A program made the position numbers and the translations under genes. A DNA stretch of 64,000 bases from contig NC_043013.1 of NCBI RefSeq assembly GCF_006345805.1, positions 22,072,001-22,136,000 on the forward strand, in the 5' to 3' direction. Under the pieces are notes generated by a model. It made no database searches, was not told the DNA's origin, and saw only the letters and a list, made by a program, of their open reading frames with translations. Every line of letters starts with the position of its first letter. Position 1 is the stretch's first letter. Positions 1 through 12,252 of this stretch are shown here, piece after piece. The DNA is from Octopus sinensis (Eukaryota).

Positions 1-60
1 ACAAAGAATTTAGTAAAATAACTGGGTTATCATTAAGCTAGTCTTAGGAATATAAAATGT

Positions 61-344
61 GACTGAGGTTTGGTGGAAGATTTTAATTCAGATCTTTTGA
101 AAACAAGACATTTGTACTACAGAGCAAGAGGTGGCCTCAGCCAGGTTGGTAACAAAAGGGTTAAAGACATCAAACAAAATGCTCAGCAGCACTTCTTTCA
201 GCTCTTTATGTTCTGGGTTCCAATACTGTCTTGGTCATCTTTGCCTTTTATCCTTGTGACTAAGATTTGGTGGAAGATTTTAATTCAGGTTTTTTGAAAA
301 CAAGTCAGAGGTGGCCTCAGCCAGGTTGGTATCAAAAGGGTTAA
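61..344. repeat. Tandem duplicate of a short repeat end (two ~85-100 bp copies ending caaaagggttaa)
   Basis: tttggtggaagattttaattca...gaggtggcctcagccaggttggta.caaaagggttaa occurs at ~68-163 and ~265-344. Confidence 0.6.
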
Positions 345-405
345 GCAAGTATTTAGAGCATAAATTAAAAAGAAATTTAGATTGAAGGTGTTAACTTAGA
401 TCATT

Positions 406-646
406 TTAACCCTTTAGAATTGAAACTGATCACATCTGGCCCAAATATTGCACTTATTTCATGTTCAGACTGGGCAGATCCAGTCCCGCATACGTATTCT
501 ACAATGTCCTTCTACAAACAAACAATCACATCTTTGGAATCTTGAAGCTTTGAGGTAACACATGGTCAATTTTTGAATTGACCATGAATAAAGAAACAAA
601 TGAATAAAGAAGCATTTGACAGAGTAATCTGAATGCAAAATGTTCA
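406..646 (-). mobile_element. piggyBac-like MITE, degenerate copy
   Basis: Starts TTAA-CCCTTTAG; body is the reverse complement of the element at 18331-18560. Confidence 0.55.
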
Positions 647-1116
647 AAACAGAAAATTTCTTTCTTTGAACCAAGGTGGTTCTCAGGTGGGTTGGTATCA
701 AGAGAATTAACTTGACCACAAAATTCTGATAATATCTTATTCTCTAAATATGTGTCTTAAATTCACATCAGATATTAAATATAAATAATAATAAAATGGG
801 AAGTTTATGACAAAGAAAATGCATTGCTTGAGTTTATAATTTTCTGTTTCACTTTCAGTTTCAAATTTGAAGAATTTTCTTTTTCATATTTCACACCAAT
901 AAAGGGCAATAAAACAAATCTAGTCATTTTTGGCAAAATGTTAAGTTCTGGAGACATACACAAACCAGCACTATAGTCAAGTGACAGAGTAGACAAATAC
1001 TAAGACACACACAGACACACGCACACACCTATATATATATATATATACATATATATACATATATATATATATACATTATGCTATATCTATCTATCTATCT
1101 ATCTACCTACATATCT

Positions 1117-1158
1117 ATCTGTCCGACGAATGGCAACGTGAAACTCAGAGTAACAGGT
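1117..1158 (+). ncRNA. Minimal type I hammerhead ribozyme motif (U4C core variant) in a short Penelope-like repeat
   Basis: atctgt-CCGACGA-atg(GCAA)cgt-GAAA-ctcagag-TA-acaggt; stems I and II pair; stem III near-palindromic. Confidence 0.6.
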
Positions 1159-1204
1159 TTTGTTGAATTTTCTGCTGCTTTAAATAAAGTATATATATAA
1201 AAGC

Positions 1205-1585
1205 AAGTATATATATAAAAGCACCATCCGTTTCGTGGCCGTTTGCCAGCTCTGTCTGGCCCCCGTGTTGGTGGCACGTAAAAGCACCATCCGTTCGTGT
1301 CCATTGCCAGCCTCGCCTGGCCCCCGTGCCGGTGACACGTAAAAGCACCATCCGTTCATGGCCGTTTGCCAGTTCTGTCTGGCACCTGTGTGGGTGGCAC
1401 GTAAAAAGCACCCACTACACTCATGGAGTGGTTGGCGTTAGGAAGGGCATCCAGCCGTAGAAACACTGCCAGATCTGACTGGGCCTGATGAAGCCTTCCA
1501 GCTTCACAGACCCCAGTTGAACCGTCCAACCCATGCTAGCATGGAAAACGGACGCTAAATGATGATGATAATGATGATGATGATA
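1205..1585 (+). mobile_element. Octopus SINE with RTE-like tail and internal tandem units
   Basis: Repeated gcacgtaaaagcaccatcc units, then ggcgttaggaagggcatccagc...ccaacccatgctagcatggaaaacggacgctaaatgatgatg tail; many copies in the window. Confidence 0.8.
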
Positions 1586-1729
1586 TATATATATATATGT
1601 ATAAATTTTTTGCGTAATGAGATAAAAAACCAAGGCTGTGTAGATGCTAGAACATTTATTGATAGAAGGTCTTACAGCTGTGTCCAGGATATTTATTAAT
1701 TATATCCCTTCATCGGGATATATATATAT

Positions 1730-1771
<42 letters not shown>

Positions 1772-2091
1772 ATGGGCTTCCATGCAGTTTCCATCTACAA
1801 AATTCAATCACAAGTCATGAGCCAACCTAGAGCTATAGAAGACACTTACCAAAGGTGCCATACAGTTGGACTGAACCCAAAACGATGTAAGAGTATGCAT
1901 GTAAGTGTATGTATGTATATGTACACACACACACAGACACATACACCTAAAATGGAGTAGTGTATAAGTTTGGGCTGTTAGCTGAACCCTTAGCCACAAT
2001 GCCTATGCATTTGGGATCATTTATTTGGTATCATTCCTCAAATCTTTCAATACCAATTTCTGAATATGTATTGATATATACCCATTTTAAC

Positions 2092-2506
2092 AAGGCGGCG
2101 AGCTGGCAGACACGTTAGCGCGCTGGGCGAAATGCTTAGCGGTATTTCGTCTGCCGTTACGTTCTGAGTTTAATTCTGCAGAGGTCGACTTTTGCCTTTC
2201 ATCCTTTCAGGGTCGATTAAATAAGTACCAGTTACGCACTGGGGTTGATGTTATAGTCTTAATCCCTTTGTCTGTCCTTGTTTGTCCCCTCTATGTTTAG
2301 CCCCTTGTGGGTATTTAAGAAATAGGTATTTCGTCTGTTGTTACGTTCTGAGTTCAAATTCCACCGAGGTCGACTTTGCCTTTCATCCTTTCGGCGTCGA
2401 TTAAATAAGTACCAGTTACGCACTGGGGTTGATGTAATCGACTTAATCCGTTTGTCTGTCCTTGTTTGTCCCCTCTATGTTTAGCCCCTTGTGGGTAGTA
2501 AAGAAA
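2092..2506 (+). mobile_element. tRNA-derived CORE-type SINE (OR2-like) with internal duplication
   Basis: Head aaggcggcgagctggcag; core gtcgactttgcctttcatcctttc...aagtaccag present twice. Confidence 0.8.
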
Positions 2507-2974
2507 TATACATCCATTTTAACTCAACCACATCACTATGAACTGTATATGTTGCTATCGGTAACTCCACCAAAATATTCAGCAATTTTCTATTCTTCAA
2601 TCAACATCATCCTCCTCCATTTCTTAATTATCTCAAGATTTGAAACATGTAATTGTACATTTGTTGGCACCGGTAGATAATACATCCAGTTAATTGCATA
2701 TTCATGGTACCGCAAGCTGTATGTATTCAATAAGTATAGCCGTAGCAATGTCAAAGACAGCAAAGAGAAACATGTCTGCTTTGATATTGATCAAATAATG
2801 GTATCTAAATCTTTATCAATAACTTATAAATATCTTTGTTCTGTCCAGGTTGACAGAAAGATTCTTCAAGCCTCCGCTTAAAACAACAGAGACTGGAAAT
2901 AAATGATACCAAATGCAGTGTGGCTGAGGATTCAACTAACAGCCCAAAGTTATACACCACTCAATTTTAGGTGT

Positions 2975-3707
2975 CTGTGTGTATGTACATATACATACAT
3001 ATACATATACTTACATACATATACATACATATACTTACATGCATAAATACGTACATACATACATGCATACACTTACATACATACATACACACACACACAT
3101 ACATGCATGCATGCATACATACATACATACACACATGCACATACATGCATGCATACATACATACATACATGCATGCATACATACATACATGCATACATAT
3201 ATGTGTGCATACATACATGCATACATATATTCATACATACATACATGCATACATATATGCATACATACATACACACATACATACATACACACACACATAC
3301 AAGCATACATACACACATACATACATACATACATACACAACACACATACATACATACATACACACACATACATACATACATACATACACGCATACATACA
3401 TACATACATACACACTACATACATACATACACACACACATACATACATACACACACATACATACATACACACACACATACATACATACAAACACACACAC
3501 ACATAATACATACATACATACACACACATACATACATACACACACATACATACATACATACACACATACATACATACACATACATACATACATACATACA
3601 CACACACATACAAGCACACATACATACATACATACATACATACACACACACATACAAGCACACATACATACATGCATACATACATGCATACATACATACA
3701 TACATGC
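2975..3707. repeat. Compound (TACA)n/(CA)n microsatellite, ~730 bp
   Basis: Read directly; source of the His/Thr/Tyr/Ile pseudo-ORFs. Confidence 0.95.
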
Positions 3708-4562
3708 AGTAGGTATTCCATCGGTTACGATGACCAGAGTTCCGATCAACAGAACAGCCTGCTCATGCGATTAACCTGCAAGTGGCTGAGCACTCCACAG
3801 ACACCACGAACCCTTAATGTAGTTCTCAGGAAGATTCAGCATCACTCAGAATGCAACAAAGCTGGACCCCTTTGAATTACTGGTACAACAACAAATAACA
3901 TGTGGGTGTTGCATAAAGGCCAGAAGCAGCAATTTTTGTGTGGGAAAAATCCCTTCGGAGATGGATTGTTTTAAAAAACACAATATAATACTTCAGAGCA
4001 AACAGAATGAAATCACCCAAGAAATTATTATGAGAGGGGCAGTTGTTGTATTCACCGTAGTTGCAGTTTATCAATGCCATACACTTCAGTCACTTGTGGA
4101 TTTGAAATTGAAATCTCTAATCTGAAGCATATACAGACAGTGAATAAAGCTAGATAGACTGAGGAAAAGGTGGAGGGGAGAGGTGGAGGAGGAGACTGGA
4201 AGGGTTGGCTTGAGAAGGAAGGACATCTAAAACCGGGCAAGATGGCGAGATGGTATGAGGGCAGTTGCTATGGCATTGTAGTAGATCCAGCCACCCCCAT
4301 CAACAGGGACAAAATCCGGATTCAAAATGATGGATGATGATGATGATGATGAATAAACTATTTGCTGATTAGCAATAAAGCTGCTGCATAAGTAGAAAAA
4401 AATCAAATAATGGAATCAGAGCAACTCCTTAATGTAAACATTATGAATATGACATGCTTAATGTATTTGTGTTGTTTAAAGGCCAGAAGCTGAAGTTTTC
4501 CATCCAAGAGAAATCCCTAAAAAGATGTATGGGTGTTAAAAGATACAACATATTTCAGGCTC

Positions 4563-5337
4563 ATATATATGTGAGTACAGGACACCACAAATAGACGTAG
4601 AACTCAACGAGAAACGAAAACGTAAAAACAAACATGGAAACGGACTTTTTTTAACAATGAAAAACAGAGTACAAGACAAACAATACAAGGAAAATTCCCC
4701 TTCATCAGCTGTCCCTTGTTCGACTCTGTAACCCTTTGCTTGACCTCTCCTTCCTTCCTGTCTTTCTTCCTCTTTGCCTGTCTCTCTCCTTCTTATTTTT
4801 CACCCTTTCTGGTTTCCTTTCCTCTCTATCTCTCTCTCTCTCTCTCACTCATCCTCATCTCTCACACAGCCGAGTCGACCACTTCCTTTCGCTGGCGGCC
4901 TCCTACAAGTGAACATGCTTCTTTCCTGCGCTCTTGAATTTTTCCATCGTCTAGGCTAAAAAATGTTTGTTTCCTTGTCCTGTTTTTATTCTTTACTTGT
5001 ACTGTATATTTTTGTATTTGTTTTTGTATTTGTATTGTTTTTACGTCCTGTTTTTGTCACTTTTTTTTTCCTTTCCTTGTTTTTACCCCTCTACAAAGGA
5101 ATTTTATTTAATTCTTTCGCAGGAAGGGCTAGTTCGACGAGTCGTGTTCTGTCCTTACCTTCGAAACACACATGGAGTCGAACTAGGGACAGCTGATGAA
5201 GGGGAATTTTCCTTGTATTGCTTGTCTTGTACTGTTTTTCGTTGTTAAAAAAAGTCCGTTTCCATGTTTGTTTTTACGTTTTCGTTTCTCGTTGAGTTCT
5301 ACATCTATTTGTGGTGTCCTGTACACACATATATATA
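4563..5337. mobile_element. Non-autonomous element with ~160-bp inverted arms, carrying the permuted hammerhead motif; possibly Penelope-like
   Basis: 4563-4726 is the reverse complement of 5175-5337 at high identity; flanked by (TA)n; related pieces at 6222-6400, 46322-46440 and 47590-47800. Confidence 0.75.
5129..5206 (+). ncRNA. Candidate non-circularly permuted (pseudoknotted) hammerhead ribozyme, copy 1
   Basis: P4 ctagttcgac/gtcgaactag; stem III gtgt/acac; stem I ctgtcc/ggacag; GAAA at 5163; CTGATGA at 5193. Confidence 0.55.
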
Positions 5338-5587
5338 TTTATATATGCATGTATATATACATGTAGATGTAGGTACGTACATATATGTATGCATATATTT
5401 TATTTATTAATTGATATATATATATATATATACATACATATATATAGTGTGTGTGTGTGTGTGTGGATGGGTCTGGTGTGTGTATATGTGTGTGTGTGTC
5501 TATGTATCTATATAGCTAATTTATCTCTCTCTCTCTCTGTCTATCTGTCTATCTATCTATCTATCTATCTATATACATACATATATA

Positions 5588-5622
<35 letters not shown>

Positions 5623-6069
5623 TGTGCATGGGTCTGGTGTGTGTGTATCTGTGTATTCTGTAAATGTGTGTATATGTGAGGCAAATTACTAGACTCTTTA
5701 ATGTCAGATATAATGCTTTGTAATATTTCTTCAGAATATCTGCTCTGGCTTTCATCTTTTGCTGGGTGGGGGTGGGGGTGGGGAGGCAGTTGATAAAGTA
5801 GCAGTTCAGTACTAAGTGTTCGCTCATTCCTCATTCTTCTTCTTCTTCTTCTCCTCCTCCTTCTCCTCTTCTCCTCCTCCTCCTCCTCCTTCTTCTTCTT
5901 CTCCTTCTTCTTCTTCTTCTTCTTCTTCTCCATCTACTTCCTCTTCTGACTGTCTGCCTCTCTCTCTCATTCTCTTTCTCTGTCACACTCCTTCTAGAAT
6001 AACTCTACCATGGTGAAACCTCATGGGGGATGGGCTTTACCAGGTTGGAAAATGCCAAACACAAGCTGT

Positions 6070-6100
<31 letters not shown>

Positions 6101-6449
6101 ATTTGATGTTCATATTCCATGCTGGTATGGGTTGCATGTCTGCCAAGTGTATATAGACAGGACAAGGAAAGAACCAACACACACACAAACTCTCTTTTAT
6201 CTCTCTCTCTCTCATGCACACGCATACATATATATTTCGAAATGCAGAGTAGATAAAACAGGGGACAACTGATGAAGGGAATGTTCTTTATGTTGCCTGT
6301 CTCGTTTCTCTGTTTCTTTTGTTGTTTGAAAAAAAAGTTCATTTTCCATGCTTTTGTTTTTTATGTTCTCGTTTTTTTGACGTCCTGTACCCATATAAGC
6401 ATGTATATATACATATATATGTAGTCATGTACAAGCATGTATGTATATA

Positions 6450-6493
<44 letters not shown>

Positions 6494-6508
6494 TTTATTT
6501 CATTATAC

Positions 6509-6539
<31 letters not shown>

Positions 6540-6797
6540 TATATTCTTTTATTCTTTTACTTGTTGCAGTCATTTGTCTGTGGCCATGCTAGAGCACCAC
6601 CTTAAAGGGTTTTTTAGTCAAAGAAATTAACCCCAGGACATGGTCTTTGCAAGCCTTGTAATTTATTCTACCGTTCTCTTTTGTTGAACCATTAAGTTAT
6701 GGGGATGTAAACACACCAACATTGGTTGCCAAGCAATGATGGGGTGACAAACACAGACATAAAGACACACACATATCTAGATATATACATATATATA

Positions 6798-8413
6798 TAG
6801 TATCTCACAGATGTGTGTATACCACGAAAGAATTTCAGTAAAATTGCCATTACTCTGATAACACCAAAGGAAATCAAACAGAATAAAATATATTATACAA
6901 GCAAACGTCATACAAATTTGGAACACAAAATAATAAACATTTTCAAAGATATGAATGAAAAACCAATTTTTAAATGATACAAAAATATGTACACCCTAAA
7001 CGATTATTTGCTATATTTAATATTTGGCATGACTACTATTGCTTTCAATGACTGCATTAAGTCTTCTGGGCATAGTGTCAACTAAATTTTCTCATATAAC
7101 TGATGAAAGCGACCTCTATTCATCCTGAATGATGCCTTTTAATTGTGTTACACTGCAAGGTTTTTTTCTCCTCAACCTTTCTTTTCAAAACACCCCACAG
7201 GTGTTCTGTTGGGTTTAAATCAGGTAACATGGTAGGCCAAGGCAATGCCTTTACCTTTTAACTGATAAAAACTTAGTTGTCATCTTTGAAGTGTGTTTAG
7301 GGTCATTATCATTTTGGAACATGGAATGTCTTCCTTGTTCCTTGATGCTTTTCAACATTGTCTTCTGCAATATGTCGCAATAAAACCTCGAATCCACTGT
7401 TCTCTCAATAAATGTGAGTCCTCCTACGCCAGCTGCATTCATGTATCCCCAAAGCATAACACTTCCGCCGCCATGTTTCACGGTGCATTTGTCGCTATTA
7501 TCTTCACCTGGTCATCGCCATACTCGTTTAATACCATCTGACTCAAACAAGTTGATTTTAGTCTCGGTAGAAAAAAGAATTTTATTTCAAAACTCCTTCC
7601 CTTTACTGATACCTAGGTATCAGCAAATGAAAGACAACTTGATTTATGTCTGGTATTGAGTGGAGACTTCCTCCGAGGAATGCGTCCATGAAGACCATTT
7701 TGGTTCAAACTTCGGTGAACTGTTTGGTCTGATACACTCTTTCCACTAACAGAAGACATTTCTTGGGCCAAAGATGAAATGGCATGATGCCTGTCGTCCA
7801 TCGCGCAACGTTGGATGTGAGGAATATCACACACAGTTAAAATAGAAGGATGACCTGGACGCTGTTCATTGCTCAGCCGTCCAATAGCTTTGTACTTCTG
7901 AATTATTTTGGCAACTGTGTTTACACTAATATGTATTCATTTGCTAATTAACTTGTATCTTAAACCATTCTTGTGCAAATTAAAAATAATTTTCTTCAAA
8001 TCTTCAGACAATTCTTTTCCTTTTGATGCCATTTTAATCACAATGAAGAAGATTTTCACCACGTTACACAAATCAGAATTTCTCCAGATCCAATGACAAT
8101 GACCAATGAAAAAATGCCAGGAGAAATAATTTATTAGAATTGAAATAATTAGCAATATCTGAAATTAATAAAAAAAGTGGATAAAATATAAAATATAGTA
8201 AATTTCCTTTAGGGTGTACATATTTCTGTAACGTTTTAAAATTAATATTTCGTTCACATCTTTGAAAATGTTTATTGTTTTCTGATCCAAATTTGTATAA
8301 TGTAAAATATATTTTATTCAGTATAAATTTCGTTTGATTTCCTTTGATATTATCAGAGTAATGGTAATTTGACTGAATTTTTTTAGGGGTGTACATACTT
8401 CTGTGAGATACTG
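6798..8413 (-). mobile_element. Full-length decayed Tc1-like DNA transposon (DD34E) with IR/DR termini
   Basis: TA flanks; ~205-bp inverted repeats (6798-7000, 8208-8413) with inner and outer tgtacaccc direct repeats (outer left copy decayed); broken transposase 8032-~7004 with MASKGKELSEDLK, KHGGGSVMLWG, FQNDNDPKHTS and WPTMLPDLNPTE; 34 residues D-to-E after repairing one frameshift. Confidence 0.92.
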
Positions 8414-9302
8414 TATGTATATGATGGCTTCTTTCAGTTTCATCTACCAAATCCACTCACAAGGCTTTGGACAGCTTGAACTTATAGTAGAAGACAGTGC
8501 CATGCAGTGGGACTGAACCCAGAACCATGTGGTTGGGAAGCAAGCTTTTTACCATACAGCCATGGCTACGCCTGTAGCACATATATTATATTGTAACAAG
8601 GGAGAATCATTATGCCAAAGTATTTGTTTCAACAAACAAGATCATATCAAGAATCTTGCAAACTCTGTGTGTGTGTGTGTGTAAACAACACACAGATACA
8701 TATATATAAGTATCTATATGTGTTATGCACACAATCACAGATAAATATCTTGGTGAGAAAATTATATCTCCTATCATTCTATATATAAAATTTAAAAAAT
8801 ATATCTGACTCGAATGAGATCCAAGATTATTACTACCCAAAACGCATTTAGTGCAAGTATGCATCATGTTCTGGTTTTGGTAAAGACTTGGTAAGAGAAT
8901 CAATATCACTTAGTGTCCTGGAATAGCCTCATTAATAAATGAATTGTATGAAAACACCATTACAAAGCATGTCTAACAGTCGAGATCTTCATACAGAAAT
9001 GGAGAATTCCATCTAATATGTCTGTGTGCATGTGCATATGTGTGTATGTAATAGCCGTATAATTTTGGAGACACTCTTGCCAGGCAAATGATCGGATCTG
9101 AGGCTGTGTTGAAACTAAAACAGTTATGGCATGGAAGACTCCTCGCATTTGCCAATCGAAAGAACACAAAAACCATTAACTTTACTTCAGTATTTATTTT
9201 TTGGTGTTGAAATCTTCATCACACCAATTGTGACCTGGTCACTGACACTTACTCTCCAGCATGTACAAATAACACACATTGCATGCATACATATTTATGC
9301 AT

Positions 9303-9358
<56 letters not shown>

Positions 9359-9393
9359 TATATATACATATATACATACATACATACACATAT

Positions 9394-9457
<64 letters not shown>

Positions 9458-9680
9458 CACACACACACATATATATGTATGTACACATACATACACAAAC
9501 GCACATACACAAACACACATACATTTACACCATAACCATTAATTTGACAACTTATATTTCGTCGAGGTAATGATCATAGATTTAATGTTTATTCATTCTC
9601 GGATTTATCTTTGAGTTCAGACACAGCTTCTTTGAACTTGTCACTCCACTGGAATATGTGTGTGTGTGTGCTTGTATATA

Positions 9681-9715
<35 letters not shown>

Positions 9716-9739
9716 AATATGTATATATATATATCTTTA

Positions 9740-9771
<32 letters not shown>

Positions 9772-9798
9772 TCTATCTGTCTATCTATCTGTCTATCG

Positions 9799-9882
<84 letters not shown>

Positions 9883-9909
9883 ACACACACACATATATCA
9901 ACACCATAA

Positions 9910-10320
9910 TCATCATAACCCTAACCCTAAACCATCATCAATTAACGTCCATTTTCCATGCTGGCATGGGTTGGACCCACCACCTGCACTATGCTCCAAT
10001 CTGGTCTGGCAGAGTTTCTACAGCTGGATGCCCTTCCTAATGCCAACCACTCAGAGAGTGTAGTGGGTGTTTCTTACATGCCACCGGCACAGGAGCCAGT
10101 AAGGCAGGCTTGGCAATGCTCACGTTTGGATGGTGCTTTTTATGTTCCACCAGCACAGGAGCTAGTCAGAGGTACTAGTCAGGCAATGCTCACGTTTGGA
10201 TGGTGCTTTTTATGTGCCACCAGCACAGGAGCTAGTCAGGGGGTACTAGTCAGGCAATGCTCATGTTTGGATGGTGCTTTTTATGTGCCACCAGCACAGG
10301 AGCTAGTCAGAGGGTACTGA
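9910..10320 (-). mobile_element. RTE-tailed SINE with expanded internal tandem units
   Basis: Reverse complement of the 1205-1585 family; 3-4 ccagcacaggagctagtcag units. Confidence 0.75.
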
Positions 10321-10444
10321 CACCGATCAATCCACTCAGTGCTATAGCAGAAGACACTTGCCCAAGGTGCTGTGTGATGAGACTGAACTGTAAACCACAT
10401 GGTAAGGAAGTAAGCTTCTTATCTACACAATCATGCCGGCAGCT

Positions 10445-11266
10445 CTGAGGTGGTATGAAAAAGTTCCCAGCCTAGTCATGTTTAATAAAAAAAAAATAAC
10501 TTATTTACCTAAGTTTTATCATCATCTCCCTCGAAATAGTCCCCTTGCACAGCAATACACTGGTCCCAGTATTCCTGCCACTTTTGGAATCCAGCCTGGA
10601 AGTAATTTTCTGTAAGTGATCTCAAGCACCTTCTGAGATGCAAGTCCATAGGGGCTAAATCTGGTGAATAGGGCAGGAGCAGAAGCGATACCCTGTTGTT
10701 TTTGGTGAGAAACTCACGAGGGAGGAAAGCTTGCTGACTGGGTTCATTGTTGTCATGAAGAAACCAGTTCTTCACTTTTGTTAAATGTCCTCCCTCAAGT
10801 GGTTCAAAACATTACAGTAGAACTCTTGATTAAGGGCCTGGCACTGGGGGATGAATTCTTGATGCACAATACCACATTTCTGGGTGTGACGCTCATGGCA
10901 GGTCTTCCAGATTGCTCATTGTTTTCCAGGAACTTTCTTCTGCTTCCAAAGTGCCTGTGCCGCTCGAACCATTGCCTCATTGCTGTAAGCTTACTGAAGC
11001 ATGCTCAATGTCTCTGTAGCAGATTTCCTAAGTTTAACACAAAATTCCACATTGGCTCTTTGTTCCTGTCCACGGCAAAAATCACAGACTACAGCATACG
11101 CACGTGATCACAAAAACACAAATTTCACACCTTGCAAAGTAAACACAGCGATGTCACTCAGCACACTGCCTCATGAAGGTCAGTACTAGCTTTCCTTGTG
11201 CATGCATGCTGCCATCTATTGGCATGCTACATAACTAGTCCAGGAACTTTTTGACACCACCTTGTA
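10445..11266 (-). mobile_element. Internally deleted, decayed mariner element
   Basis: Inverted termini aggtggtatgaaaaagttccc / ggaactttttgacaccacct; PYSPDLAPMD and C-terminal WQEYWDQCIAVQGDYFEGD. Confidence 0.85.
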
Positions 11267-11946
11267 TGTATCTGTGTGTGTGTGTGTGTATCGTTTATAT
11301 TTTCATTGTTTATTTGCTTCAGTCATTAAACTGTGGCCATGCTGGGACAGCATCTTGAAGAATTATTAGTTGAATGAATTGATCCCAGTCTGGTATTTAT
11401 TCTATTAGTCGGTTTTGCCTAACTGCTGAGTTACAGGATGTTAACAAACCAACACCTGTTTTCAAGCAATGGTGAAGGACAAACACATGCACCAACACAC
11501 CTACCCACCCACACACACGACAAGCTTCTTTTGGGGTTTGTCTATCAAATCCACTCAGAAGTCATCGGTCAGCCTGAGGTTGTAGTAGAAGACATTTGGG
11601 TCTGAACCTGGAACCATGAGGCTGGGAAGCAACCATCTTACCACCCAGCCATGCCTGGAACATATTTGACCCATGAAAAATCAGGACACATTTGACCTGA
11701 TTTTCTATAAGGAGGTCATGACTCCCAGTATCCTTTCAGAGTGGTCTCGCTTCTGATATACAATGCTGATGATAGCCAAATAGCTTTGAATGCATTCATC
11801 ATTCCACAAGAGGGTGTTGTGGGATGGCTATTGGTATTTTGATACCTGTTGCCTAAACAAGAGTTTTCCCCATGGCAAACTGCAATGGTGAAATGGCCAA
11901 AGGAGTGAATAAGAGAGAAAAAGAGGGTGAGAAGAGAGAGAGAGAG

Positions 11947-11981
<35 letters not shown>

Positions 11982-12252
11982 GAGAATGGCAGGCTTTATT
12001 AGTAGAAAACCAAGTAAGACAAATGACACTCAAGTAATTTGCCTGATGACTTGCTGCTCCTCAGATCTTATGTTTCAGATTTATGTTGTTGTGATCCAAA
12101 CAGACATCATTCAACTGACATTCAAACTAGCATCTTCTCGGTTTTTTAATGACATATTATATTCAGGATGTTCAAGCCATCATCATCTTATCTTCATTTA
12201 TGATATATTACATTCACTTTTACTTCATCTGCTATGCACATGCATTTTTAAG

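Noticed and set aside
2967-3774. Long ORFs rich in H/T/Y/I or V/C/M/Y (also at 9131, 26194, 36557, 47734 and 52832)
   Set aside because: Translations of (TACA)n, (TA)n and (CA)n microsatellites.
11766-11800. CTGATGA followed by a small hairpin as another hammerhead
   Set aside because: No properly placed GAAA, and no stem I or III.
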